Part shown: positions 20,009 to 31,620 of the stretch, piece by piece
Numbering within the stretch: the stretch's first letter is position 1
Layout of the letters: each line of letters begins with the position of its first letter
Assembly: GCA_046292385.1 (NCBI GenBank)
Contig: JBKBRF010000003.1
Location: forward strand, 210,231 to 274,230
DNA length: 64,000 nucleotides
Source: Armatimonadota bacterium
Lineage (GTDB): Bacteria; Armatimonadota; SYMT01
Direction: 5' to 3'
Notes under the pieces: model-generated
Seen by the model: the letters and a program-made list of their open reading frames with translations, nothing else
The model's database searches: none
What the model was told of the DNA's origin: nothing
Translations under genes and position numbers: made by a program

Positions 20009-21082
20009 ATGCTGGATATCAACGGGCTGTTGAGCCGGATGGCAGAGCTGAACGCGGCGGATCTGTTCCTCAAGCCGCCGTGCCCGCCCACGTATAAGGT
20101 ATCGGGACAGACCGTGCCGCTGGAAGGGCATCCGGCCGTCTCCGCGGAGGAGATGGAGGCGCTGCTGCCGCACGTGCTGCGCCCGCGCGACCAGAAGATC
20201 TTCCAGGAGCGCAACCAGGCGGACCTGAGCTACGTGCTGCCGGACGGCAGCCGCTTTCGCTGCAACGCCTACCGGCAGCGCGGCACCGCGGCGATGGTCT
20301 TCCGCCGCATCAACCCCACCGTCCCGACCGCGGACGAGCTGAACCTGCCGGAGATCCTGAAAGAGATCTCCATGCACCAGAACGGCCTGATCCTGGTGAC
20401 CGGCGCCACCGGTTCCGGGAAATCGACCACCCTGGCGGCGATGATCGACTGGCGGAACCGCAACAGCCGCGGTCACATCGTCACGCTGGAAGACCCGATC
20501 GAGTTCATCCACCCGGATCTCGGCTGCGTGGTAAGCCAGCGAGAAGTAGGCGTCGACGTCGACAGCTTCGAAGACGGCCTTAAGGCGGCGCTCCGCCAGG
20601 CGCCCAACGTGATCTTGATGGGAGAGATCCGGGACGCGGAGGGCTGCGAAGCCGCGCTCCACCTCTGCGAGACCGGTCACCTGGTCTTCGGCACCCTGCA
20701 CAGCACCAACGCGATGCAGAGCATCGAGCGCGTGCTGCAGATGTTCCCGCCAGAGCGCTCGCAGGAGATGTTCGCCCTCCTCTCCGGGAACCTGCGCGGC
20801 ATCGTCTCCCAGCGCCTCATCCGGAACCTGCAGGGCCGCTACAGCATGGTCTGCGAGATCCTGACCGCCACCCCCCGCGTGCGCGAGCTGATCAAGCGCG
20901 GCGAGTACCAGTCGCTGAAGCCGGTGATGGAGGCGGGCGGTAAGGACGGGATGCAGACGTTCGACCAGTCGATCTACAACACGTACCAGGCCGGCGCCTT
21001 CGACGAGGAGATCGCCCTGCGCTATGCCGACAGCCCGAACGACCTGAAGCTCCGCATGCGCGGCTTCGTCAGCGCCAGCTAG
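20009..21082 (+). CDS. pilU: Type IV pilus retraction ATPase, PilU-like
   Basis: GATGSGKST, TLEDPIE, QREVG, GEIRD, TLHSTNA; lacks the AIRNLIRE motif (RVRELIKR). Confidence 0.75.
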   Translation: MLDINGLLSRMAELNAADLFLKPPCPPTYKVSGQTVPLEGHPAVSAEEMEALLPHVLRPRDQKIFQERNQADLSYVLPDGSRFRCNAYRQRGTAAMVFRRINPTVPTADELNLPEILKEISMHQNGLILVTGATGSGKSTTLAAMIDWRNRNSRGHIVTLEDPIEFIHPDLGCVVSQREVGVDVDSFEDGLKAALRQAPNVILMGEIRDAEGCEAALHLCETGHLVFGTLHSTNAMQSIERVLQMFPPERSQEMFALLSGNLRGIVSQRLIRNLQGRYSMVCEILTATPRVRELIKRGEYQSLKPVMEAGGKDGMQTFDQSIYNTYQAGAFDEEIALRYADSPNDLKLRMRGFVSAS

Positions 21083-21088
21083 CTGCCG

Positions 21089-21130
21089 GGGACGGAGAGA
21101 CAGAGCGACGGAGAGACAGAGGGACGGAGT
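21089..21130 (+). repeat. Octamer tandem repeat (gacggaga/gacagagN)
   Basis: gggacggagagacagagcgacggagagacagagggacggag. Confidence 0.55.
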
Positions 21131-21292
21131 GAGCATGCCGCCCCTCAGCGCGCTTCAGCGTGCTTTCGAGAGAGACAGCCGGGTCCTTCAGGGCCCGGCG
21201 TCCGGACCGACATCGCAGTGATGGGGAGACGAAACGCTGGCTACGTGCCCGCAGGTCTCTCCTCTTTCCTCTTCCATCTCAAGGACTTGCAA

Positions 21293-22453
21293 ATGGATAT
21301 CGCCGATCTGCTCATCTACACGCTCGAGGCCGGGGCCTCCGACCTGCACCTGACCGTCGGGCTGCCCCCGTGCGTGCGCGTGCGCGGGGAGGTGGAGCCG
21401 GTGGAGGCGATGCCGGCTCTCGGTAAGGACGACACGCGGGACCTGGTCTACTCGATCATGAACGACCGGCAGCGGGCGCGGTTCGAGGAGTTCAACGACC
21501 TCGACTTCTCGCTCGACTTCGGCGCGCGGGGCCGCTTCCGCGTGAACACCTTCATGGGCCGGGAAGGGATCGGCGCCGTGCTGCGCACCATTCCGTCGCA
21601 GATCAAGTCGGTGGAGGAGCTCGGCATCCCGCCGGTGGTCAGCCGGCTGGCGGAGTACGAGCGCGGCCTGGTGCTGGTAACCGGGCCGACCGGCTCCGGT
21701 AAGTCGACCACGCTGGCCGCCCTGATCGACCAGATCAACAACACTCGCCGGGGCCATATCCTCACGGTCGAGGACCCGATCGAATTCGTGCACCCGCACA
21801 AGAAGTGCGTGGTCAACCAGCGCGAGGTGGGGCCGCACACCAACTCGTTCGCCAGCGCGCTGCGGGCGGCGCTCCGCGAGGACCCGGACGTGATCCTGGT
21901 GGGGGAAATGCGAGACCTGGAGACGATCTCGCTCGCCGTCTCCGCGGCGGAGACCGGCCACCTGGTCTTCGGGACCCTGCACACCAGCAGCGCCGCGCAG
22001 ACGATCGACCGCATCATCGACGTCTTCCCCGCGCACCAGCAAGCGCAGATCCGCGCGCAGCTCTCCGAATCGATCCGCGGCGTGGTGGCGCAGACGCTGC
22101 TGAAGACCGCCAACGGCAAGGGCCGCGCGGCCGCGCTGGAGATCCTGATCGCCACGCCGGCGGTCCGGAACCTGATCCGCGAGGGGAAGACGTTCCAGCT
22201 TCCCTCCGTCATCCAGACCGGCGTCAAGGAAGGCATGCAGACGATCGAGCAGTCGCTGAGCGAGCTGGTCCTCGCCGGGCGGGTCACCCAGGACGAGGCG
22301 CTGCACAAGGCGCCGGACAAGGAAGCGTTCCTCAAGTACCTGCGCGAGGGCGGGGCCGGCCACGCCAACCCGATCGGGCATCAGCCGATGGAGGTCACGA
22401 TGACCCCGCCCCCATCGATGAACATCATGGGCCTGGGGAACATTCGCCGTTAG
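21293..22453 (+). CDS. pilT: Type IV pilus twitching-motility ATPase PilT
   Basis: ASDLHL, GPTGSGKST, EDPIE, ALREDPDVILVGEMRD, AVRNLIRE, GMQT. Confidence 0.92.
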   Translation: MDIADLLIYTLEAGASDLHLTVGLPPCVRVRGEVEPVEAMPALGKDDTRDLVYSIMNDRQRARFEEFNDLDFSLDFGARGRFRVNTFMGREGIGAVLRTIPSQIKSVEELGIPPVVSRLAEYERGLVLVTGPTGSGKSTTLAALIDQINNTRRGHILTVEDPIEFVHPHKKCVVNQREVGPHTNSFASALRAALREDPDVILVGEMRDLETISLAVSAAETGHLVFGTLHTSSAAQTIDRIIDVFPAHQQAQIRAQLSESIRGVVAQTLLKTANGKGRAAALEILIATPAVRNLIREGKTFQLPSVIQTGVKEGMQTIEQSLSELVLAGRVTQDEALHKAPDKEAFLKYLREGGAGHANPIGHQPMEVTMTPPPSMNIMGLGNIRR

Positions 22454-22567
22454 GGGCACCGTCTAACCCACTACGATGCGGGGGAAAGGCAAGACCGCGG
22501 TGAGCAACTACTCACCGCGGTCTTGCCTTTCCCGTTGCGCCCGCGCTCCGATTCCCGGGGGCCGACG

Positions 22568-22843
22568 ATGCCGAAGAAGATCCTGGTCGTCATCCCCGAG
22601 TCTCACGTCGCCCGGCTGGTGGAGGTGAACCTGCGGCGGCTGGGACATCAGGTGCTCGTCGCTCGGACTTCCGCTGCCGCGCAGGCCCTGGCTCGGACGG
22701 AGGCTCCCGACCTGGTGCTCGTCGACGTGTTGACGGCCTTTGGAGCCACCTTCGACCTGCTGCGGGAGCTCAAGTCCGATCCGCACACCGCCGGAATCGA
22801 GGTGCGGGTGATTCAACCGGGCGGATTGCTGGCGCCACCCTGA
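22568..22843 (+). CDS. Degenerate, truncated receiver-domain protein (paralogue of 23168-23581)
   Basis: MPKKILVVIPESHVARLVEVNL vs MPKKILAVDDERHIVRLVEVNL; acidic pocket lost, ends before the conserved KP. Confidence 0.6.
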   Translation: MPKKILVVIPESHVARLVEVNLRRLGHQVLVARTSAAAQALARTEAPDLVLVDVLTAFGATFDLLRELKSDPHTAGIEVRVIQPGGLLAPP

Positions 22844-23112
22844 TCCGACTGCCAGGAGAGTAACCAAGCATCGCCCCGGTGCGAGCAGCGGTTTCGTTCA
22901 CCTTTCACGCGTGGTGCGGTTAGAATAGAACGGTCCTCTGCTCTGCACGGCCGCCGGGAGCCCCCGAGAAGCTCCCCGCGCGTGGGACACGGGCCGGTAG
23001 GAGCGCAGCAAATCCTGTCCGGTGGGCAGAGTAGGAGAATTCCTGCCTCGTAGTGAACGGTTCCCCTAGTTCCGAGCGGTTCCCGGCGCCGGTAGACCAA
23101 GCGCCCGCTTCA

Positions 23113-23141
23113 TTGACGGGGTCTGGGGCGCGTGGTAAGCT
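23113..23141 (+). promoter_or_regulatory. Sigma70-type promoter of the response regulator
   Basis: TTGACG-17bp-TAAGCT with a TG extended -10. Confidence 0.6.
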
Positions 23142-23167
23142 GACCGTACGGATGGAGACAAGCTGAA

Positions 23168-23581
23168 ATGCCGAAGAAAATTCTGGCGGTGGACGACGAA
23201 CGCCACATCGTCCGGCTGGTAGAAGTCAACCTGCAGCGCGCGGGATATCAGGTCGTCACGGCGTACGACGGCCGCGAAGCGCTGGAAAAGGTGAAGTCCG
23301 AGAACCCGGACCTGGTGGTGCTCGACGTGATGATGCCGTACATGGACGGCTTCGAGGTGCTGAAGAACCTCAAGGCCGATCCGGCCACGGCGGAGATCCC
23401 CGTCATCATGCTCACCGCCAAGGCGCAGGATGCGGACGTCTTCCGCGGCTGGCAGAGCGGGGTGGACTGCTACCTGACCAAGCCGTTCAACCCGATGGAG
23501 CTGCTCACGTTCGTGAAGCGCATCTTCGACAGCCTCAGCGGCAGTGGCGGAGATGGCGGCAACCGCATCACGATTGGCTAG
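23168..23581 (+). CDS. Single-domain response regulator (CheY-like)
   Basis: AVDDE, VLDVMMP, MLTA, YLTKPF. Confidence 0.9.
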   Translation: MPKKILAVDDERHIVRLVEVNLQRAGYQVVTAYDGREALEKVKSENPDLVVLDVMMPYMDGFEVLKNLKADPATAEIPVIMLTAKAQDADVFRGWQSGVDCYLTKPFNPMELLTFVKRIFDSLSGSGGDGGNRITIG

Positions 23582-23604
23582 CGCTCGACTCGGAGCCACG
23601 GCGG

Positions 23605-23808
23605 ATGAAGAACTCCACGATCCTGGTGCTGGCGGCGGCCGGTTTGAGCGCCGCCGCGGTAATCGCGATCATCGCGGCGCGGCGGACGCGCGACGCCGCG
23701 GGTGAGCTGGAGCAGATTCCCGAGCTGATCGAAGGCTGCTTCGAGCGCCTCCACGAGCTGGAGCGGGAGATCCACCGGCTGAAACCGGACACCGCGGCCT
23801 CTTCCTGA
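23605..23808 (+). CDS. Small membrane-anchored hypothetical protein
   Basis: Hydrophobic N-terminus then coiled-coil; GGAG RBS; directly follows the regulator. Confidence 0.6.
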   Translation: MKNSTILVLAAAGLSAAAVIAIIAARRTRDAAGELEQIPELIEGCFERLHELEREIHRLKPDTAASS

Positions 23809-23827
23809 AGCCGGTCCGAGAGATTAA

Positions 23828-23863
23828 AAGAGCCGTTCGCACCACCCGGCGCGGACGGCTCTT
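23828..23863. terminator. Probable intrinsic terminator hairpin
   Basis: aagagccgt...acggctctt inverted repeat after 23808. Confidence 0.55.
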
Positions 23864-23903
23864 CTCGTGCCGCGCGCCCTCCATTTCATGCCGTCGGGGG
23901 CTG

Positions 23904-23932
23904 TTGACACCCCCTGGGGGCTGATGTATACT
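23904..23932 (+). promoter_or_regulatory. Near-consensus sigma70 promoter of the str operon
   Basis: TTGACA-17bp-TATACT. Confidence 0.85.
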
Positions 23933-24159
23933 CACACGGCCTGAAGGCGCCGTGTGCCTGCTTGTAAGCGGTCATACGGTTTTCTCGGGTCGCAGCGCGG
24001 TCGAGCCGTCGCCCGGAGCTCTCGCCGAGCGGGAGGGCGGGCGGGGACTCTGCGTCAGTCGGCGAGAGACGATGCTCCCGCCTGCGGCCGGAACGACCAC
24101 CGGATTGATCCAGAATGCGCCGCCCGCCTGCGGGTGGGAGTAGAGAAGCAAGTACCAGG

Positions 24160-24531
24160 ATGCCTACCATCAACCAGCTCGTCCGCAAGGGGCGGCAGGC
24201 CGTCAAGAAGAAGACGAAGGCCCCTGCCCTGAAGGGTGCGCCGCAGAAGCGCGGCGTATGCCTCGTGGTCCGCACCGTGTCTCCCAAGAAGCCGAACTCG
24301 GCGCTGCGCAAGATCTGCCGCGTGCGCCTGACCAATGGCATGGAGGTGACCGCCTACATTCCGGGCATCGGTCACAACCTGCAGGAGCACTCGGTGGTGC
24401 TGATCCGCGGCGGGCGAGTCAAGGACCTGCCGGGCGTCCGGTACCACGTGGTGCGCGGCGCTCTGGACGCGGCCGGAACCCGGGACCGCAAGCAGAGCCG
24501 CAGCAAGTACGGAACGAAGAAGCCGAAGTAG
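24160..24531 (+). CDS. rpsL: 30S ribosomal protein S12
   Basis: [30 protein letters not shown]. Confidence 0.99.
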   Translation: MPTINQLVRKGRQAVKKKTKAPALKGAPQKRGVCLVVRTVSPKKPNSALRKICRVRLTNGMEVTAYIPGIGHNLQEHSVVLIRGGRVKDLPGVRYHVVRGALDAAGTRDRKQSRSKYGTKKPK

Positions 24532-24631
24532 TTTTGCGCGGGCTGCGCGGAGCCGGAAGACAGGCTGCTCATGCGGGCAGCCCCTCCGGAGCGCCGGCCC
24601 GGCCCTCATAGATACCTGGGAGATCACCCGT

Positions 24632-25105
24632 ATGCCGAGGAAAGGCCCGGCGCCCAAGCGCCGCCCAATTCCCGATCCGGTCTACCGCAACGAGCTGGTG
24701 ACCCGCTTTATCAACCGCATGCTGCTCGGCGGCAAGCGCAGCACGGCCGAGCGCATCTTCTACACCGCCATGCAGGCGGTGGAGGAGCGCGCGCAGGCGC
24801 CGGCGCTGGAAGTGTTCGAGCGCGCGATGCGCAACGTGATGCCCGTGGTGGAGGTGCGTCCTCGCCGCGTGGGCGGCGCCACCTACCAGGTGCCGGTGGA
24901 AGTGCGGGCCGACCGGCGCGTCTCCCTCGGAATCCGGTGGATGGTGAGCGCGGCGCGCCGCCGCGGCGGCCGGACCATGACGGAGCGGCTCGCGGCGGAG
25001 ATCCTGGACGCCGCGAATAATACCGGCGCCTCCGTGAAGAAGCGCGAAGACAGCCACCGGATGGCGGAAGCCAACAAGGCTTTCGGCCACTACCGCTGGT
25101 CATAA
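24632..25105 (+). CDS. rpsG: 30S ribosomal protein S7
   Basis: [19 protein letters not shown]. Confidence 0.99.
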   Translation: MPRKGPAPKRRPIPDPVYRNELVTRFINRMLLGGKRSTAERIFYTAMQAVEERAQAPALEVFERAMRNVMPVVEVRPRRVGGATYQVPVEVRADRRVSLGIRWMVSAARRRGGRTMTERLAAEILDAANNTGASVKKREDSHRMAEANKAFGHYRWS

Positions 25106-25306
25106 CGGACCTCCGAAACGGCGCAGGGGCGCGGGCTGCGGCACATCGCGGTGCGGGCACACGGGGGACCGGGAGCGACGATCCGTCCCAGGGGCGGGTC
25201 GGGGCTCCGGCTTAGACTTTGGTCTCCAGGTGGGTCTGCCGCGGCGTCGCGGCCGGCGCCCCTGTGCGTTTCGGGGAGTAATGAGCCCCGGGAAGGTTAT
25301 CGAGTA

Positions 25307-27400
25307 ATGGCACGTGAGTATCCATTAGAGAAGACCCGTAATATCGGTATCGCCGCGCACATCGACGCCGGCAAAACGACCACCACCGAGCGCATCCTGT
25401 TCTATACCGGCCGCGTGCGCAACATCGGTGAAGTGCATGACGGCGCGGCCACCATGGACTGGATGGTTCAGGAGCAGGAGCGCGGCATTACCATTACCTC
25501 CGCCGCGACCACCTGTTTCTGGAAAGAGCACCGCATCAACATCATCGACACGCCCGGCCACGTCGACTTCACCGTCGAGGTGGAGCGCTCGCTGCGCGTG
25601 CTGGACGGCGTGGTGGCGGTGTTCTGCGCCGTCGGCGGCGTGCAGCCGCAGTCCGAGACGGTGTGGCGCCAGGCGAACAAGTACCGCGTGCCGCGCATCG
25701 CCTACATCAACAAGATGGACCGCATCGGTGCCGACTTCTATACCGTGGTCGGCAAGATGAAGGAGCGGCTCGGCGCCAACGCCGTCCCGCTGCAGATCCC
25801 GATCGGCGCGGAGTCCGACTTCAAGGGCGTGATCGACCTGATCAAGATGCAGGCGATCATCTATACCGACGACCTCGGCACCACCAGCCAGGAAACCGAA
25901 ATCCCCGCGGACCTGAAGGAGCAGGCGGTCCAGTACCGCGAGCAGCTGATCGAGGCGGCGGCGGACGCGGACGAAGGCCTGATGGAGAAGTACCTGGAAG
26001 GCGAGCCGGTGGGCGAGGAAGAGCTGCGCCGCGCCATCCGCGCGGGCACGATCAACGGCACCATGGTTCCGGTGGTCTGCGGCTCCTCTTTCAAAAACAA
26101 GGGGGTTCAGCCGATGCTCGACTCGGTGGTGGAGTTCCTCCCGAGCCCCCTCGACGTCGGCTCCGTGCAGGGCACCTCGCCGCGCGACGGCTCTGCCATG
26201 GAGCGCCAGCCGAGCGACGACGAGCCGTTCAGCGCGCTTGCGTTCAAGATCATGTCCGACCCGTACGTCGGCCGCCTGACCTACTTCCGGGTCTACAGCG
26301 GGCGCCTGACGAAGGGCTCGTACGTCTTCAACGCCAGCAAGGGCAAGAAGGAGCGCATCGGCCGGATCCTGCGGATGCACGCCAACCACCGCGAAGACGT
26401 GGATGAGGTGCTCGCCGGAGACATCGCCGCGGCGGTGGGCATGAGCGAGCAGACCACCACGGGTGACACGCTCTGCGACGACAGCAACCAGATCCTGCTG
26501 GAGGCCATCACCTTCCCCGAGCCGGTCATCTCGATCGCGATCGAGCCGAAGACGAAGGCGGACCAGGACAAGCTGGCGCAGGCGCTGGGACGGCTCTCCG
26601 CCGAGGACCCGACGTTCCGCGTCCACACCGATCAGGAGACGGCGCAGACGATCATCTCCGGCATGGGCGAGCTCCACCTGGAGATCATCCAGGACCGCCT
26701 CTTCCGCGAGTTCAAGGTCGAGGCGAACGTCGGCCGGCCGCAGGTGGCCTACCGGGAAACGATCTCCCGGGCGGCGCACGCGGAAGGACGCTTCGTGCGG
26801 CAGACGGGTGGTAAGGGCCAGTTCGGGCACGTCGTCTTCGACGTGGCGCCGCTGGATCCCGGAACCGGGTTCCAGTTCCACAACAAGACGGTCGGCGGCT
26901 CCGTCCCGCGCGAGTACGTCAACGCGGTGGAAGCCGGCGTGCGGGAAGCGATGGCCGGCGGCGTGCTCGCGGGCTATCCGGTGATCGACGTCTCCGTGAC
27001 GCTGGTCGACGGCAGCTACCACGAAGTCGACTCGAGCGAAATGGCGTTCAAGATCGCCGGCTCGATGGGCTTCAAAGAGGCGGCCCGTAAGGGCGGCCCG
27101 GTGCTGAAGGAGCCGGTGATGGCGGTCGAGATCGTCACGCCGGAGGACTTCCTGGGCGATATCATCGGCGACCTGAATAGCCGGCGCGGCCGCATCGAAG
27201 GCATGGAGCCGGCAGCGGGCGGCACGCAGGTGATCAAGGCGCAGGTGCCGCTGGCGGAGATGTTCGGCTACGCCACCACGGTGCGCAGCGTCTCGCAGGG
27301 CCGAGCCAGCTACAGCATGGAGCCGAGCCACTACGAGGAAGTGCCGCGCAACGTGGCGGATGAGATCATCGCCAAGGCGACCGGCAAGGTCAACGCCTAA
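25307..27400 (+). CDS. fusA: Elongation factor G
   Basis: [36 protein letters not shown]. Confidence 0.99.
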   Translation: MAREYPLEKTRNIGIAAHIDAGKTTTTERILFYTGRVRNIGEVHDGAATMDWMVQEQERGITITSAATTCFWKEHRINIIDTPGHVDFTVEVERSLRVLDGVVAVFCAVGGVQPQSETVWRQANKYRVPRIAYINKMDRIGADFYTVVGKMKERLGANAVPLQIPIGAESDFKGVIDLIKMQAIIYTDDLGTTSQETEIPADLKEQAVQYREQLIEAAADADEGLMEKYLEGEPVGEEELRRAIRAGTINGTMVPVVCGSSFKNKGVQPMLDSVVEFLPSPLDVGSVQGTSPRDGSAMERQPSDDEPFSALAFKIMSDPYVGRLTYFRVYSGRLTKGSYVFNASKGKKERIGRILRMHANHREDVDEVLAGDIAAAVGMSEQTTTGDTLCDDSNQILLEAITFPEPVISIAIEPKTKADQDKLAQALGRLSAEDPTFRVHTDQETAQTIISGMGELHLEIIQDRLFREFKVEANVGRPQVAYRETISRAAHAEGRFVRQTGGKGQFGHVVFDVAPLDPGTGFQFHNKTVGGSVPREYVNAVEAGVREAMAGGVLAGYPVIDVSVTLVDGSYHEVDSSEMAFKIAGSMGFKEAARKGGPVLKEPVMAVEIVTPEDFLGDIIGDLNSRRGRIEGMEPAAGGTQVIKAQVPLAEMFGYATTVRSVSQGRASYSMEPSHYEEVPRNVADEIIAKATGKVNA

Positions 27401-27431
27401 CGAGCTCTGCGCTCAACGGGCAGAACACGAG

Positions 27432-27464
27432 GAAGGGACGGGAGTTTCGGCTCCCGTCCCTTTC
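27432..27464 (+). terminator. Intrinsic terminator after fusA
   Basis: aagggacgggagt-ttcg-gctcccgtccctt hairpin followed by tc. Confidence 0.75.
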
Positions 27465-27540
27465 GCACGTACGGCATTCCCGCGGACCGGAGAACCGTTT
27501 CGGAGGAGAATACGGCGACAGGTTAGCACTTCTCACCCGG

Positions 27541-27577
27541 CCTCACCCCCGGCCCCTCTCCTGCGAGGAGAGGGGAG
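27541..27577. repeat. REP-like palindromic element
   Basis: cctcacccccggcccctctcct-gcg-aggagagggg; related to 59940-60037. Confidence 0.6.
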
Positions 27578-27788
27578 CTATAGGTGTTGTGCTTGCCTGC
27601 TCCCCCTTCCACTTCACAGACAGCTTGTCGCTCGAACGGGGGAGGGCTGGCGGGTGGCGGCGAAAGAAGACGATTCGCCTCCGCTCACCAGAGCACCACT
27701 TGCCATTCCACGCGGCAGTCAGCATCCACCGCAAACCTGACAAGCAACCCCTTCGGAACCGCGGCAGGAAAAATCCCCTTACGCGTGC

Positions 27789-27817
27789 TTGACACGGGGG
27801 GTGCGCACTGATACCAT
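27789..27817 (+). promoter_or_regulatory. Sigma70 promoter of the tuf-S10 operon
   Basis: TTGACA-17bp-TACCAT with a TG extended -10. Confidence 0.75.
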
Positions 27818-28312
27818 ACGCAGGTTGCCGGTTACGGGCGCTTTCGAAGCCCCCGAGATGGCCGGCGACAGGCGTAATTAAACGCTGCACGTCGCAGGTG
27901 GTTGAACTCCATTAGCCTAGACGTTGGCTTGTCCGACGTTCACTGTGTCTGCCGGGCGACGACGGTGGACCGCCAGTGGGAAAAGACGGGAAGCGGCCGC
28001 TCTCTCCGGAGAAATGCGGTCAGATGCCCGTCTGCCAGATGCGGAACCGCTCCGCTCGGAGCCGCGCCACGCGCGCGGTGCCGAAGAGCCCTCGTTCCGT
28101 GCCTCCCACCGCGCGCCGTCGCCTTCGGGTGACGCAAGGCTAGGGAAACGCCGCCTGTGTCAGCACCGCCCTCGGGTGGGGTCGGTTGCCTGCGTACCGC
28201 AGCGTGACGGCGAGAGTTTTTGCGGCAGCGGGCAGGCAGGACGCGTGCGTTCCGGACTGGCCTGCCGTACGCCCTTCGGGCGACGATCGGATCGAGACGA
28301 ACGGGAGCTACC

Positions 28313-29497
<1,185 letters not shown>

Positions 29498-29510
29498 TAG
29501 CCCGCTGTAG

Positions 29511-29550
29511 AGGGAGGGTGGTTCCCCCGTTGGAGCCACCCTCCCTTTCT
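29511..29550 (+). terminator. Strong hairpin between tuf and rpsJ (terminator, attenuator or stabiliser)
   Basis: agggagggtggttcc / ggagccaccctccct stem followed by ttct. Confidence 0.6.
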
Positions 29551-29564
29551 GCGAGAGGAAATCC

Positions 29565-29873
29565 ATGCGACGACAGAAGGTTCGCATCCGGCTCAAGGCG
29601 TTCGATCACCAGATCATCGACCAGTCGGCTGGAAAGATCGTTGAAACGGCCCGCCGGACGGGTGCGCGTATCGCCGGTCCGGTGCCGCTTCCCACGGAGA
29701 AGAACATCTTCTGCGTGAACCGTGGGCCGACCATCGACAAGGAGTCGATGGAGCACTTCGAAATGCGCACGCACAAGCGGCTCATCGATATTCTCGATCC
29801 CGGGCCCAAGACGATCGACGCGCTGATGCGGCTGGACCTGCCCAGCGGCGTGGACATTGAAATCAAGCTGTAG
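29565..29873 (+). CDS. rpsJ: 30S ribosomal protein S10
   Basis: [25 protein letters not shown]. Confidence 0.99.
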   Translation: MRRQKVRIRLKAFDHQIIDQSAGKIVETARRTGARIAGPVPLPTEKNIFCVNRGPTIDKESMEHFEMRTHKRLIDILDPGPKTIDALMRLDLPSGVDIEIKL

Positions 29874-29939
29874 GCCTGGGCAAGTGCTGCTCGCGTGACG
29901 CAGCCCCGAAGGCTTTCGGGACTGAGGACGGATTAGATA

Positions 29940-30593
29940 ATGGTCAAGTCAATCCTGGGTCGCAAGGTGGGAATGACGCAGATCTTCGACGAACAGGGAC
30001 GCGCTGTCCCCGTAACCGTCGTAGAGGCCGGCCCCTGCGTCGTGACTCAGAAGAAGACCGTGGAGTCGGATGGCTACGAAGCCATCCAGGTGGGATACGG
30101 CACGGCGAAGCCGGTGCGCCAGAAGGGCGCCAAGGGGCACGGCCGCGGCCATCTGAACCGCCCCGAAGGCGGTCATCTCACCAAGAACAACTTGCCGCCG
30201 CTGCGGCACCTGCGGGAGATCCGGATGGCGGGCGTGGCCGATATGAACATCGGCGACGAGATCCGCGTGGACGTGTTCAACCAGGGCGACCTGGTCGACG
30301 TGACGGGCACCTCCAAGGGGAAGGGCTTCGCCGGCGTGGTGAAGCGCTACCACTGGCACGGCGCCGACATGACGCACGGCTCCATGATCCACCGCAAGCC
30401 CCAGTCGGCGGGTGCCACGGACGCGGCGCGTATCTTCAAGAACGTCGGGCGTCCGGGCCACATGGGCCACGAGCGAGTCACTGTGAAGCGGCTGCGCGTG
30501 GTGCGTGTCGATACGGACCGGAACGTGCTGCTGATCCGCGGCGCGGTTCCCGGCCCCAACGGCACGCTGCTGACCATCCGGGAGGCCAAGTAA
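29940..30593 (+). CDS. rplC: 50S ribosomal protein L3
   Basis: GRKVGMTQ, GTSKGKGFAG, GAVPG. Confidence 0.98.
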   Translation: MVKSILGRKVGMTQIFDEQGRAVPVTVVEAGPCVVTQKKTVESDGYEAIQVGYGTAKPVRQKGAKGHGRGHLNRPEGGHLTKNNLPPLRHLREIRMAGVADMNIGDEIRVDVFNQGDLVDVTGTSKGKGFAGVVKRYHWHGADMTHGSMIHRKPQSAGATDAARIFKNVGRPGHMGHERVTVKRLRVVRVDTDRNVLLIRGAVPGPNGTLLTIREAK

Positions 30594-30594
30594 G

Positions 30595-31221
30595 ATGCCA
30601 TCCGCACCGCTTTTCAACGCCGCCGGCGACAAGGTCGGCGACTTTAGCCTGGCAGAGGGCATCTTCGGTCAGGCCGTGCGCGTAGACCTGGTTCACCAGG
30701 CGGTTACCCGCGAGCTGTGGAACCGGGTGCAGGGGACGCGCAGCACCAAGGGGCGCTCGGAGGTCCGGGGCGGCGGCCGCAAGCCGTACCGCCAGAAGGG
30801 CACCGGCCGCGCCCGGCAGGGAAGCATCCGCGCTCCGCACTACCGCCACGGCGGCATCGTGCACGGCCCGGTGCCGCACGCGCCGGAGAAGGACATGCCG
30901 CAGAAGATGCGGCGCGCTGCCTTCCGCAGCGCCCTCTCCGCCAAGGCGGCGGACGGCGACGTGCGGGTGCTCGAGGGACTGGAAGTCGCCGAGATCAGCA
31001 CCAAGCAGTTCGCGCAGTGGCTGACCCGGCTGGAGCCGGGGCGGAAGGCGGTGGTGGTGCTGGCGGAGCGAGACCAGAACGTGGCGCTCTCCGCTCGCAA
31101 CCTGCCCAACGTCCGCGTCGTGGTGCTGCCCGGCCTCTCCACCTACGAGGTGGTGAAGGCGGACACGCTGATCTTCACCCGGGACGCAGTGGCCCGGCTG
31201 GAGGAGCTATACACGGCATGA
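30595..31221 (+). CDS. rplD: 50S ribosomal protein L4
   Basis: [30 protein letters not shown]. Confidence 0.98.
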   Translation: MPSAPLFNAAGDKVGDFSLAEGIFGQAVRVDLVHQAVTRELWNRVQGTRSTKGRSEVRGGGRKPYRQKGTGRARQGSIRAPHYRHGGIVHGPVPHAPEKDMPQKMRRAAFRSALSAKAADGDVRVLEGLEVAEISTKQFAQWLTRLEPGRKAVVVLAERDQNVALSARNLPNVRVVVLPGLSTYEVVKADTLIFTRDAVARLEELYTA

Positions 31222-31535
31222 GAGACGCAACACAAATCATCATCCGCCCGCTGCTCACCGAGAAGAGCGTCGCCATCCAGCGGCTGAACCAGTTCACCTT
31301 CGAGGTGGCGATTGACGCCACCAAGATCGAGATCCGAAACGCGATCGAGACCCTCGGCCAGTGCAAGGTCGCCAAGGTGAACACGCTGGTGGTGAAGGGC
31401 AAGGTGCGCCGCACGAAGCGCGGCACCGGTCGCACGCCGGACTGGAAGAAGGCCGTCGTGACCCTCGGCAAAGACGAGAACGGCAACGACGAAAAGCTCG
31501 GCGGACTCCTGGGCGAGGCGTTCCAGATCGGCTAA
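31218..31535 (+). CDS. rplW: 50S ribosomal protein L23
   Basis: [25 protein letters not shown] overlaps the rplD stop. Confidence 0.96.
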   Translation: MRDATQIIIRPLLTEKSVAIQRLNQFTFEVAIDATKIEIRNAIETLGQCKVAKVNTLVVKGKVRRTKRGTGRTPDWKKAVVTLGKDENGNDEKLGGLLGEAFQIG

Positions 31536-31620
31536 GCCAGAGCGGCTTGAAGTAGAGTGGCGCGGTCGCCAGGGCGCTTTCGAGAGCCCGGCGCGCCGGC
31601 CGCCTCCCCGGAGGGGAACT

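Noticed and set aside
18011..21136. 1041-aa minus-strand ORF, and similar long antisense ORFs (31294-34695, 36827-38938, 39512-41623)
   Set aside because: Shadow frames of real plus-strand genes, caused by high-GC codon bias.
22985..23015. SRP (4.5S) RNA-like cacgggccggtaggagcgcagc
   Set aside because: Loop is not GNRA, and the CAGG/AGCA internal loop is not preserved.
24160..24531. Streptomycin-resistance substitutions in S12
   Set aside because: PKKPNS and RVKDLPG motifs are wild-type.
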